Assembly: GCA_937903605.1 (NCBI GenBank) | Contig: CALCZC010000007.1 | Span: forward strand, 37,982-101,981 | DNA from: an uncultured bacterium | GTDB lineage: Bacteria > Patescibacteriota > Patescibacteriia > Magasanikbacterales > GWA2-37-8 | Reading direction: 5' to 3' | Length of the DNA: 64,000 bases | Shown: positions 27,631 to 37,284 of the stretch, one piece after another | Numbering within the stretch: the first letter of the stretch is position 1 | How the letters are laid out: every line of letters begins with the position of its first letter | Program-made: the position numbers and the translations under genes | The notes under the pieces: generated by a model | What the model was told of the DNA's origin: nothing | What the model saw: only the letters and a program-made list of their open reading frames with translations | Databases searched by the model: none

Positions 27631-28143
27631 ATCTTTTCGGTCACGGTTGTAACCATTGCCTTTACCTTCATTTTCATCGCCTGTGGCGGTGAGGAACCGA
27701 ACCTTCCTGATGATGATCAAGACAACGATGAAATCGTTGTTGTCGACGATGAGCCGGACAATGAACAACCCGATGATATCGTGGACGAAGAGCCGGTTGA
27801 CGATGACCAGCTTCCGCTGGAGGAAGTTTGCAAGAATTTCCTTGACTATGCCGGAAATTGGACTATCGTTGATATGAGTTTTACCGGTGATTTCAGTGTG
27901 ACCCTCTCAGTTGAAGGAGAGGAATGCAAGATATCTGTTGTTGGCACAACGGAATTGGCATGGATTTTTGCCTGGAAAGGGAAAGAGATGCCTCTTGCAT
28001 GCGCTGAATTTGCGCCTATGACTTATTTTTTTTACCTTGTGGGGAAAAATGAAGCTGGGAGAATGATCTGGATAAAAGGTTGGGATGAAGAAAGTTGTAA
28101 AGATGCTGAAGCGGCAATGGTTATAACGCTTGAGAAAAAATAG
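27619..28143 (+). CDS. Putative lipoprotein 3
   Basis: FIAC-GGEEPNLPDDDQDNDEI... then a distinct C-terminal domain; terminator at 28177-28205. Confidence 0.8.
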   Translation: MKKNIFSVTVVTIAFTFIFIACGGEEPNLPDDDQDNDEIVVVDDEPDNEQPDDIVDEEPVDDDQLPLEEVCKNFLDYAGNWTIVDMSFTGDFSVTLSVEGEECKISVVGTTELAWIFAWKGKEMPLACAEFAPMTYFFYLVGKNEAGRMIWIKGWDEESCKDAEAAMVITLEKK

Positions 28144-28256
28144 CAGGAGGTAAAAATGCACACAAATACAAGCTAAAAGCCAGGGTAAAACCCTGGCTCT
28201 TTTTTATTCTTTATATCAACTTTATATACTTAATACTAAATACTTAATACTTTATA

Positions 28257-31200
28257 CTATTCTACTATTACATTTCCATTATATTCTATCCAGGGATACA
28301 TTGGAGAAGCAGGATTACCATTTTCAGGTACACAATCGCTTGCCGCACCATCTGCATAACACCCATAATTCCTTGTTCCATAAGGATTATTCGTAGTGCA
28401 TCTCCCACTACACCACCCCCAATTATCCAAAACCTGGACTCGCGGAGTACTAGTACTTGGAGTACTGGTATAAGTAAAGTGAAATTCGTATGGCGTGTTT
28501 TTGCAACCAGTACCATCTGTACCGCTCTTATTTCCAAAACTTCCCGGATCATTGTCTCCTTCTACAAAAGTAACACAGCGAGATGTTTGAACTGTCATCT
28601 TACCTCCAGCTTTCTTTTTTGCATCATAAAATACACAGTCTTCAGCTTTGTTACAAGGAATTTGATATTGATAGTTTGCTGGTTCATATTCACACCATCC
28701 AACGTGAGTACAAAGCGGTTTGCGGTTAGCAATACTGCGAGCTTCCAAAACTATTGCGGGGTCTTCGGTTTTTGTTTGATACATTATCCGACGTACCGGC
28801 ATTTGTGCCGGGTCAGCCCAAGCATAAAATTCCAGAGCCACATCGGAATTAGGACTTACGGTACAATTACCACCACTTAACAATTCATCACTACAATTTG
28901 ACTTATTAACCACTACTGTATTTAAAGCAAATGTTTTACAATCAGGTTTTCCACCTGCGGCTTTATAAGCCTCGCAATCCGCAGATCCGGGAGATAGTTG
29001 TATAGGCGCAGCAATCACTGGTGGTTTGATATTAACGTCACAACTCGAAGCCCTTTCAGGACTGGCACAATCTATTGGGGATTTAAAAGTTAATTTGGTT
29101 GGCTCCTTGAATTCATTTACCGAGCTGGTTGGGAAGACCCTGACAAACATATTTTTTAACATTTCCCCATATTTAAGGTCTTCTAAACTATAAATTCCAA
29201 ATCTAGGAAAACTAATTTCTGTTTCTATGTCATTTCTATTTTCATAAGAAATCAAGGGACTACGTACACGTTCACGTTCATCCAAATAAAAACCAAATTC
29301 ATTTGTTTTTCCCCCATAATATGTAGTCAAGAAAGGATTTGTCAAATCGGGAAAGGTAAAGTAGCCTGTCATATCCAACTTCGGTTCCTTGATGCCCTGA
29401 AAATAAGATCTATTTAAAGTATACGAATTGGTAGCAAAACGAGTGCTAGCCGTTTCATCTTTTGGAATATTGTAAACCGTATATGTTTGATCAGGATATA
29501 GCGTATCACCCATATTGGTTTTTCCTTTGATTAATCTCCAAGTAACTGGTTTGGCGTCAATGGCAATTTCAGCTGCTTGGGCACTTGCCCCTGGAGGACG
29601 ACTATTTTTTGAAACTTTGGCAAACTCTGTACAAGAACCATCAGAAAAATGTATGACAAAGAAAAAATTAATACCTGCTGTATGACCAGCATTATCATGT
29701 AAATCCAGTTGCGCACCGAGTAATTGATCATCGCTCCCCCAAATAATCCTTGCACCAAAACCATCAAAATCGGTTTCATATGAATTAGCTTCAAATTTTG
29801 TAGGACTTGTCGGCAAACCAAAAGTATCTTCTGTTTCGCTATAAAAAAACATTTTTTTCTTGTCCTTTGATTCAAAATAATCATACTCCTCACCTTCTCC
29901 TTTATTAGCCATAACCTTAACTTCCCAAATAGTTTTTCCATCCTTCTTGTAAGTACTTTTTCTTATTAATTGTTCTCTGTTATTACCATCTTTTAGCGGT
30001 ACTCCGAGTTTAGATTGCTTAATACAAACATCTTCCAAATCGTTTTCGCAATCATAACTTTTTTTATCGGTCGAATTTTTTTCTTTGGGCGAACAATCTA
30101 CTCCCTCTGTCAAATAACAACCGGTAATCTCTTTATTTTCAAAAGTAATAATGTTGTTGTTGAAAAATTGTTCTGTTGCTATTGGATTATCTGTACCATT
30201 CGCGACTATCCAGCCGGGAGACTCTCCTATACCAAAAAAATTAACCACGCCCTTTTTCTTCAATTCTTGGTAAGTTTTCCCCAAAACTAAATCTATTTTG
30301 ACCACATCTGTTTTCTTGATTTTTCCATTATTGTAAAAAGACGGTTCTGTAGCAGGAGTAAAAACACCAGTGAGTCTATCTTGAAATTCGCTGACTTTAT
30401 TATTATCAAGACTTAATGGACAATATACTCGAGTGTTATCTTTTTTTAGACTTTCAATAACTCCTTGTCTTAGAACAGGAAAAACCTTATTATCCATATC
30501 ATTGAAACATTTCAGTATATGAGCATTCGGTGGTAAATTATAAACCATGGCCGAAGAAACGTAGTTATGGTATGTAATCGTCTGAGAAGCTTGAACCATC
30601 CAATCAACTACCACACCTAGAGCTGCCACCCAACCGAATATAGAACTTACCGAAGCTGCAACAGCTGCCGCAATAGAGGCTGCAACCGCTCCGCCTATGG
30701 CTCCCGCTATACCTGTAATAAGGGCTGTCGTTCCAGCTACCATGCCAAAAGTTAAGGGGAACGAGCCACCATCAACCCAAGCAACACCTACGGCCGCATA
30801 TTTTTCCTCGTTGTTTATTGCTAATGCAGCATCTGTCATTTCTTGTGTTGAAGTAGAAAAACAAACATATTCTTCATCAATCTCATCTACGAGATATACT
30901 TCGCCAATCTTTCCTCCTGGTGTAGTTGTACAATACCCAGCATCACTCATTTGTTGAGTACATTTCAATGTATCCACTTGCATGTATGGCTTTGTACATC
31001 CTCCCCTAGTTAAATAAGCTGTTTCACACACACATCCTTTTTCCCATACCACCTGTTTGCTTGTAAAAAACTTATCACTTTTTACCATATTTATAGAAAA
31101 AGCATTGGCACCAGCTCCACCCAGATCAACGCAATTATCATTATCACCACCTAGATCACAATATTTGAAAACATCCACAGTGGTTGTCCTGCTTTCAACT

Positions 31201-34200
31201 TCTACATTTTTGGCATTATCGATCTCTCCTGCGCTAACAGGGTTACCTGCGTTAAAATAAAATTCTAAATTTGGCAAGGGTTTCAATTTTAACGGCTGAT
31301 TGGCAATACACATATATCTATCCTTGGTATCATTTCCTTCATAAGCGGCTTTTTTATCAATTATCCAAATATCCGGCGCACCAGGAGGAACCTCCACCGG
31401 CCACCAAGTCAAACAAGGATTTTGTTCTGGTTCCCCATAAAGCTTATACTTGGGATTTTTTTCTACACAATAACCTTGCCAACCTCTAACCTCGTTTACA
31501 CTTTTTTTATTAGCGCAAATTCCTCCTCCACATTGTTCGCTATTAACACACGGTGTTCCTTCGGTTTCAAGCGAACCGCCAATACAAATACTTTGGGATT
31601 CCCTTTCTGTCCCTAAAGGAAAATAAACAAACTGGTTATTATATTCTACTTTTTTATAACTACAATCACAGGAATCCTCTTTATTTACAGTGGTACAAAT
31701 TTCTAAAGCCTTATTTTTAACAAGATATGCGTAAGCACTCCTAGAAACAGGTGTCACTCCTTCGATTGTTTCAATAATACCCCATGGATCAAATGGACTG
31801 TTTTCTTCCGGATAACCACGACAAGAAAGTTCACCGGAAGTCCTGAGTTTGCCACGATTTCTTATCATATTATTTTCTATTCCACCGGTAATAGGATATA
31901 TACACTCTCCACCTAAACACAAACCTTCTTTATTTAAACCACAAGACTTTGTCATGGTATTATCAAACTTGTTACATTCCTGAACATTTCCTTGACCAGG
32001 GACAAAAATATTTCCACTATTTTCCCAATGGACCAAGCGCGGTTCAAAATAAACACCTTCTTCTCCACTACTTTGCACCAAATTACCCACATTATATGGT
32101 TCAACATCGTTCATACGAATATACCTTACTCCCAAAGACGGAATCTGATAAGAATTGTGTAAAGTATAACCACTTAATTCCGGATCTGCCCAATTAACAC
32201 CTCTGCTTCTATAATTACTGGTGGTTATTTTTGAATTTCTCCAAGCCCAGCTATCCAAAGTAACATTTTGATCGCAATTTCCTTCTGAAAACATACCTGG
32301 GAGAGATTTACTACACAAACCAAAGCTATAGCATCTGGCTTTATCATCTTCTACTTGATAATTGTTACAATACATCCAAAGATTGCATTCGCGATCACGG
32401 GCAACTTTTACCAAAATATTGGCGTCTCTAGTCTCTGTTTCTACCGGTGGCACCGGAGCTCCTTTGACCGCGTTGGAAGCCTCATAAGTAGCTTCTGTGT
32501 TATATTTTTTATTTGGATTATTTACTTGATCAAGTAATACACAACCATAATTCACACTCGCGCCATTGGGACATTCTTCGTTTATTTTTTCACTCAATTT
32601 CCCATTATCAATGAGATAGTAAGAATTGGCAGCCGGAATACAAGTATCCCCTTGTTGAGAGCTGCAATCTTTATCGTATTCACATTTCATCCCTGATATG
32701 CTGCATTTTTTAACCGAAACATCGTTATGATCGTCAAATCTAGAACAACCATCTTGAGAAGAAGGGCACTCGCCTACATAGCCTCTGTAGCTTGTCGTAT
32801 TACCAAACGGTGGCAAAGAAATGCCAAGACCGGTAGCACAAACCTGTGTTTCATCATCTTTTAACACCCATTTACCGATTTTGGAATTACCAACGGTTTC
32901 CTCTTTATAAACACAAACTTTTTTACCAATGTTTTCCGGATCTTTAAAATAATAATTTCCTGAACCGGAACGCCAAACATCACACCCTTCAGCTTCTTTG
33001 GTACAGAGAATTCCACGATTATTACTACCTGACGATTCATAGCGAGTAGGATCGTTGATAATATAGGCATCTTCAAAAACGTATGTATTGGTGACATTTT
33101 TATATCCTTTACCCATCAAAGTACAGCCAACATTGTCTTTGTTACAAAAATTATTTACATTATCATTTTTTCTAATTGTCAAATAAATAGGCGAACTTGT
33201 TGGAGAAGTCTGTTTATAAACCAAAACCGTTGAAGTGGTAAACGCAGCACCGGTTAAAGAGCTTTGTCCGATACCGGAAGCATTTACATAACAACCGCCT
33301 TCGCCATCGGGCACAATACAATCATAATTTATACCGTTGATTTGAATAGTTGGTTTATTGCCAACCTCCGGTTTTTGTAAACCTAGATTAAATATCTGCC
33401 AAGTGGTGCTGGCGATATTACTACCTTTATTGTAAGTATCAACCAAACGAGTACAACCAATAGCCCCATCTCTGCAAAGATAACTGAAATTGTGTAAATA
33501 AATATTATCTTTACTAAGCGGAGATTTGTAAGCACGACAACCCAAGGCAGAACCTGGGAGGTTATCTTTTTGATCAAGATCGCATGATGCAGGAACCGAA
33601 AGTTTATCTTTTACCAGATAAACTGTGTCGTCTATACTTTTTAACGAAACATTATCCAAGAAGATAACTCCTCCAGCTCTATTATAATCTAAAAATATTA
33701 TATGAGCCCCTTCACCAGATGGCACACTCCCGCTAATAGCGGGATTACTTATTACGAATTCATAACGACGCCAATTGTCTGTCAAATTAACAGTTCCAAC
33801 ATTGTAGGTAAAGCCATTACCCAAAGTGATATCCCATCTTTTTGTACCTTTGGCTAAGAAAGAAAGTGAATAAACTCCGGTATTTTTTATATCCGTATTA
33901 TAATGTCTAAAACCTCGAGTAGCAGTACCGCTATTTGCCGCCACTGTAACTTTCAAAGATTTACCAAAATTGGATAACGTTTCTTCTGACAAAGAGATGG
34001 TAGTACCATTGTCAGCACTTTCGCTTGTCTTCCACCAGCCCCTTTTTGTATTGGAAACCATATTAGTCAAACCGATACCAGAGTCAAAACTATATGTAGG
34101 GAAAATATCTCTTATATTATTACCAGTGTTACCTTGATATTTGCGACATGATACTTTGTCTTGAGAACAAATTTTACTTTCAGCCCCACCAGCAACCACA

Positions 34201-37187
34201 ATATTTTGAGGTAAACCGTTGTAAATACAAAAACCTGTTGCCGTATCATAAAAAACAACATTGTCATTGCTGGCTGCGTTTTTCAAACCATCAAAACCAC
34301 CTAGACAATTTGTTTTGTTGCCGGAAATATCATAAAATTCAGATTTTACCGCTCTATACGGCGTACATTTATCCGATACTACCACTGTCTTGCTAAAATA
34401 AGCGTGATAAACTATACCTTGATCATCACGAAAAGCCCGACAATCTCCGGAAATGTCTGTTGCAGCAGTAGTAGAATTACAAGGAGCCATACCTGATTTT
34501 TCCGCTGGATCACGAAAATATTGAGCCGGCTGTTCACCGTTTTTGAGCAAAGTATAACTCTTGAGTTTATAACCTCCCCCTTCTCTTCCTTCGTAAGTAT
34601 AAAAATTCTTTTGTCTATTTTGATCCGGAGTCATGCACAGCCGCAAATCGCTGTAATATTCTGTCTGCACATTGCCGCCGGCAGTCACATTGAGATTTAC
34701 AAAAGCACTACAACCCTCTTCCTCCGAATCACATGTTGCTTCAACTTTGGGAATAATATAAACCAAGTCGTTGCCGTTACTATATTTGGTTTTCATTTCT
34801 TTATAAGAATTGTACCCTTCGCAAACAGATGGACATTCATCGTTCATAACAATTCCCCCGCTAACGTTTGCACGTCTAATAAACTTACCAACTATAGTTT
34901 CTTCTTTTGAACCTTCAAAAACAGCTAGAGGTAACTTGGTATACTGATTACAGCCTTCTTCTTCCGGTAAACAAATTCCGGCGTAATTAGCACATTCTGC
35001 CGGATTAACCGGTTTGATTTGATTAAGTTCTGATAAAGTTCTCGGCCATTGGATACCATTGTCCGGATTACTGTCTTTATCATAACAGCGTAAATAGTCC
35101 GGGGCTTTTTTGATAAATAATTCCTGACCAATTTCTTTGGTATTGGAAGCGTTGGTAATAACTGAAAATACTCGACTACAGCCGGCATTCTCGGCTTTGC
35201 ATGTCAAAACTTGATTATTAAAAAAATAAGAATAATTATTGCGAAAAGCACCGATTCCATCGGGAGTAGTGCTTGACAAAGCAGTAATATTTATTGTTGG
35301 AGAATATTTTTCTTGCCATTGTCCTACATTATTTTTATAAGCGGTGAAAAAGGTACAGCCAGCATTTTGTTCACTACACCAAGTATTGTCCAAGGTCTTC
35401 TGTAAATAAGTGACATTTTTACCTTTGGAAGAAGTAAATGATTTGCATGTATCATATTGACTGTCGCAATAATCAGCATTAAAGCGCCAAATATTTTTTT
35501 CTTCTAAACAATAACCATAAGCATTACAATTTCCTTTACTGTCATAGCCTACGCAACTCTGTAAATCCGCGCATTCTTCTTGTCTTATGGATATATCATC
35601 GTCAATTGTTCGTCCAGTATAAACAATCGCTTTACATCTAGTTTTTGGCATTTTCAATATCCAGTTGGGATTTACCATTTTATAATACTTAGAAGATGGA
35701 TTGTGAAAACCAGCCAAAACCTCAGAAAGTTTTGGTGGTGTTCCGGTTGCAGTTGCGGCTAAAATTTCCATACCTAACGGCCAGACTCTGGCTTTGCGCA
35801 ATACTTTGATATTGTCATAACAATAGGCTGATTCATAACATCTATCCCCTTTTGAAGCTATGCTTTCATCGGTTTGAAGACCTATTATTTGATGATCATC
35901 TATTTTTTCATATTGCAACGCTTCAGCAATTGTTAGAGGTCGCCCGTTCATATCAACCTCGCGTAAATAATCAGCAAATTTTTCATCCAAAATACAATTT
36001 TCCGCTGTATCACTACTATCATGATTACAAGTTCTAAAAAGAGCGAGTAAATCGTAATTATCATCGGATTTATTTTTAGCAATCAAAAGATCAGCAAAAA
36101 TCATTGCTGCTTCTTGTCGGAAAGTAGAAGCTCTAGCATCTTCATAATATCCTTCGGCAGTATATTTACTCTCTACACAAGTATCTATAGCTAGACCACC
36201 TATTTTCAAATAACTCGGGACACATTTGATTTTTCCTAAACCAAACGGGAACATCCCTTTATTAACAAAATTATCCACCATGGTACCGGCAAAAGTATTG
36301 ATGAAAGTGGCTGCAGCATTTTTCAGAACCTGGATACTTCCTTTTGTCAAAGCCGCTCCCATATAGACAGCGGTAGTTTGTTTTTCCGATTCGGCTTTTG
36401 CCGCCGGACCCGAACCGCGCAGTGTATCTCTATTAACTTCTGCCGGAGTCAAAACATCTTTGGAAATCAAAGAACTGAGAGCCTTGGTTCCTCCGTCTGA
36501 AGTACGCTCAGCTTTGGCTGCTTCCTCGGCTTTGAGAGTATAATCATCAATTTTACCTTTAGCTGCCAATCCTATACCCATATCAGTATCTGTAATATCC
36601 AAAGAAGCATTAAAAGTTTTGGAAAAATTTTCTCCATTGGCTCCCCAATATTTACTCTTGATGCCTTCAGCACTATAATTATCACGTAATTGTTGCCAGG
36701 TACAAGACGGTTTTTCTAAATCTGAATAACCCAAGTGCAAACCCATTTTCAAAGCCAAATCTAACTTCACATCCGGTAAGGCGCAAAGATTGAAGCCTAT
36801 ACCCTGTCCAAAACTATCTAATGCCGTTCCCAAAGCATCGCTGGCCACACCGGCAAAATAATTTCCTACGCTTTTCCTGTGAAACAACGGTGATTGCCCC
36901 CAATTTCCCGAAGCCAAAGAAACCGCCAAATCATAAGAAACTTTATTCAACATATAATCAACTCCTTTTACCACACCCAGCATTACCGCATCTAGAAGAT
37001 TATTCTTTATTTTGGTTAAGTTTTTTTCCAATTGTTCTCTGATAGTTTGTCCGGCTTGTTGGCTTTCAACCCCAGGAGCCGCGACCGTAAGCTGAGCTTT
37101 GGCTGAAGAAAAAGGTATAAGAGAAAAACAAAAAATAAGCAGAAGAAAAATTGCTATCAGCTTATTTATATTATTAAAAAATTTCAT
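28257..37187 (-). CDS. Giant (2976 aa) secreted Cys-rich surface protein
   Basis: N-terminal signal peptide (...SAKA), many C-x5-GC modules, a galactose-binding/CBM-like beta sandwich near 33630-34100, an internal Gly/Ala-rich hydrophobic segment, C-terminal PRVQVLDNWGWCSG motif. Confidence 0.85.
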   Translation of the reverse strand: MKFFNNINKLIAIFLLLIFCFSLIPFSSAKAQLTVAAPGVESQQAGQTIREQLEKNLTKIKNNLLDAVMLGVVKGVDYMLNKVSYDLAVSLASGNWGQSPLFHRKSVGNYFAGVASDALGTALDSFGQGIGFNLCALPDVKLDLALKMGLHLGYSDLEKPSCTWQQLRDNYSAEGIKSKYWGANGENFSKTFNASLDITDTDMGIGLAAKGKIDDYTLKAEEAAKAERTSDGGTKALSSLISKDVLTPAEVNRDTLRGSGPAAKAESEKQTTAVYMGAALTKGSIQVLKNAAATFINTFAGTMVDNFVNKGMFPFGLGKIKCVPSYLKIGGLAIDTCVESKYTAEGYYEDARASTFRQEAAMIFADLLIAKNKSDDNYDLLALFRTCNHDSSDTAENCILDEKFADYLREVDMNGRPLTIAEALQYEKIDDHQIIGLQTDESIASKGDRCYESAYCYDNIKVLRKARVWPLGMEILAATATGTPPKLSEVLAGFHNPSSKYYKMVNPNWILKMPKTRCKAIVYTGRTIDDDISIRQEECADLQSCVGYDSKGNCNAYGYCLEEKNIWRFNADYCDSQYDTCKSFTSSKGKNVTYLQKTLDNTWCSEQNAGCTFFTAYKNNVGQWQEKYSPTINITALSSTTPDGIGAFRNNYSYFFNNQVLTCKAENAGCSRVFSVITNASNTKEIGQELFIKKAPDYLRCYDKDSNPDNGIQWPRTLSELNQIKPVNPAECANYAGICLPEEEGCNQYTKLPLAVFEGSKEETIVGKFIRRANVSGGIVMNDECPSVCEGYNSYKEMKTKYSNGNDLVYIIPKVEATCDSEEEGCSAFVNLNVTAGGNVQTEYYSDLRLCMTPDQNRQKNFYTYEGREGGGYKLKSYTLLKNGEQPAQYFRDPAEKSGMAPCNSTTAATDISGDCRAFRDDQGIVYHAYFSKTVVVSDKCTPYRAVKSEFYDISGNKTNCLGGFDGLKNAASNDNVVFYDTATGFCIYNGLPQNIVVAGGAESKICSQDKVSCRKYQGNTGNNIRDIFPTYSFDSGIGLTNMVSNTKRGWWKTSESADNGTTISLSEETLSNFGKSLKVTVAANSGTATRGFRHYNTDIKNTGVYSLSFLAKGTKRWDITLGNGFTYNVGTVNLTDNWRRYEFVISNPAISGSVPSGEGAHIIFLDYNRAGGVIFLDNVSLKSIDDTVYLVKDKLSVPASCDLDQKDNLPGSALGCRAYKSPLSKDNIYLHNFSYLCRDGAIGCTRLVDTYNKGSNIASTTWQIFNLGLQKPEVGNKPTIQINGINYDCIVPDGEGGCYVNASGIGQSSLTGAAFTTSTVLVYKQTSPTSSPIYLTIRKNDNVNNFCNKDNVGCTLMGKGYKNVTNTYVFEDAYIINDPTRYESSGSNNRGILCTKEAEGCDVWRSGSGNYYFKDPENIGKKVCVYKEETVGNSKIGKWVLKDDETQVCATGLGISLPPFGNTTSYRGYVGECPSSQDGCSRFDDHNDVSVKKCSISGMKCEYDKDCSSQQGDTCIPAANSYYLIDNGKLSEKINEECPNGASVNYGCVLLDQVNNPNKKYNTEATYEASNAVKGAPVPPVETETRDANILVKVARDRECNLWMYCNNYQVEDDKARCYSFGLCSKSLPGMFSEGNCDQNVTLDSWAWRNSKITTSNYRSRGVNWADPELSGYTLHNSYQIPSLGVRYIRMNDVEPYNVGNLVQSSGEEGVYFEPRLVHWENSGNIFVPGQGNVQECNKFDNTMTKSCGLNKEGLCLGGECIYPITGGIENNMIRNRGKLRTSGELSCRGYPEENSPFDPWGIIETIEGVTPVSRSAYAYLVKNKALEICTTVNKEDSCDCSYKKVEYNNQFVYFPLGTERESQSICIGGSLETEGTPCVNSEQCGGGICANKKSVNEVRGWQGYCVEKNPKYKLYGEPEQNPCLTWWPVEVPPGAPDIWIIDKKAAYEGNDTKDRYMCIANQPLKLKPLPNLEFYFNAGNPVSAGEIDNAKNVEVESRTTTVDVFKYCDLGGDNDNCVDLGGAGANAFSINMVKSDKFFTSKQVVWEKGCVCETAYLTRGGCTKPYMQVDTLKCTQQMSDAGYCTTTPGGKIGEVYLVDEIDEEYVCFSTSTQEMTDAALAINNEEKYAAVGVAWVDGGSFPLTFGMVAGTTALITGIAGAIGGAVAASIAAAVAASVSSIFGWVAALGVVVDWMVQASQTITYHNYVSSAMVYNLPPNAHILKCFNDMDNKVFPVLRQGVIESLKKDNTRVYCPLSLDNNKVSEFQDRLTGVFTPATEPSFYNNGKIKKTDVVKIDLVLGKTYQELKKKGVVNFFGIGESPGWIVANGTDNPIATEQFFNNNIITFENKEITGCYLTEGVDCSPKEKNSTDKKSYDCENDLEDVCIKQSKLGVPLKDGNNREQLIRKSTYKKDGKTIWEVKVMANKGEGEEYDYFESKDKKKMFFYSETEDTFGLPTSPTKFEANSYETDFDGFGARIIWGSDDQLLGAQLDLHDNAGHTAGINFFFVIHFSDGSCTEFAKVSKNSRPPGASAQAAEIAIDAKPVTWRLIKGKTNMGDTLYPDQTYTVYNIPKDETASTRFATNSYTLNRSYFQGIKEPKLDMTGYFTFPDLTNPFLTTYYGGKTNEFGFYLDERERVRSPLISYENRNDIETEISFPRFGIYSLEDLKYGEMLKNMFVRVFPTSSVNEFKEPTKLTFKSPIDCASPERASSCDVNIKPPVIAAPIQLSPGSADCEAYKAAGGKPDCKTFALNTVVVNKSNCSDELLSGGNCTVSPNSDVALEFYAWADPAQMPVRRIMYQTKTEDPAIVLEARSIANRKPLCTHVGWCEYEPANYQYQIPCNKAEDCVFYDAKKKAGGKMTVQTSRCVTFVEGDNDPGSFGNKSGTDGTGCKNTPYEFHFTYTSTPSTSTPRVQVLDNWGWCSGRCTTNNPYGTRNYGCYADGAASDCVPENGNPASPMYPWIEYNGNVIVE

Positions 37188-37284
37188 ACTTTAAAGCAGA
37201 ACGAATTATTAATTATTGTTTATTGTTTATTAAAAAACTTTTATGTTTTTAAAAAATAAACAATAATCAATACGCAATAATTTT

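Noticed and set aside
23030-28205. Integron cassette array or shufflon
   Set aside because: No attC-like GTTRRRY/RYYYAAC structures recognised, no integrase or invertase, and repeats are direct rather than inverted
23715-28445. Diversity-generating retroelement (template/variable repeat pair)
   Set aside because: Differences between cassette and gene end include indels and are not confined to adenines; no reverse transcriptase in the window
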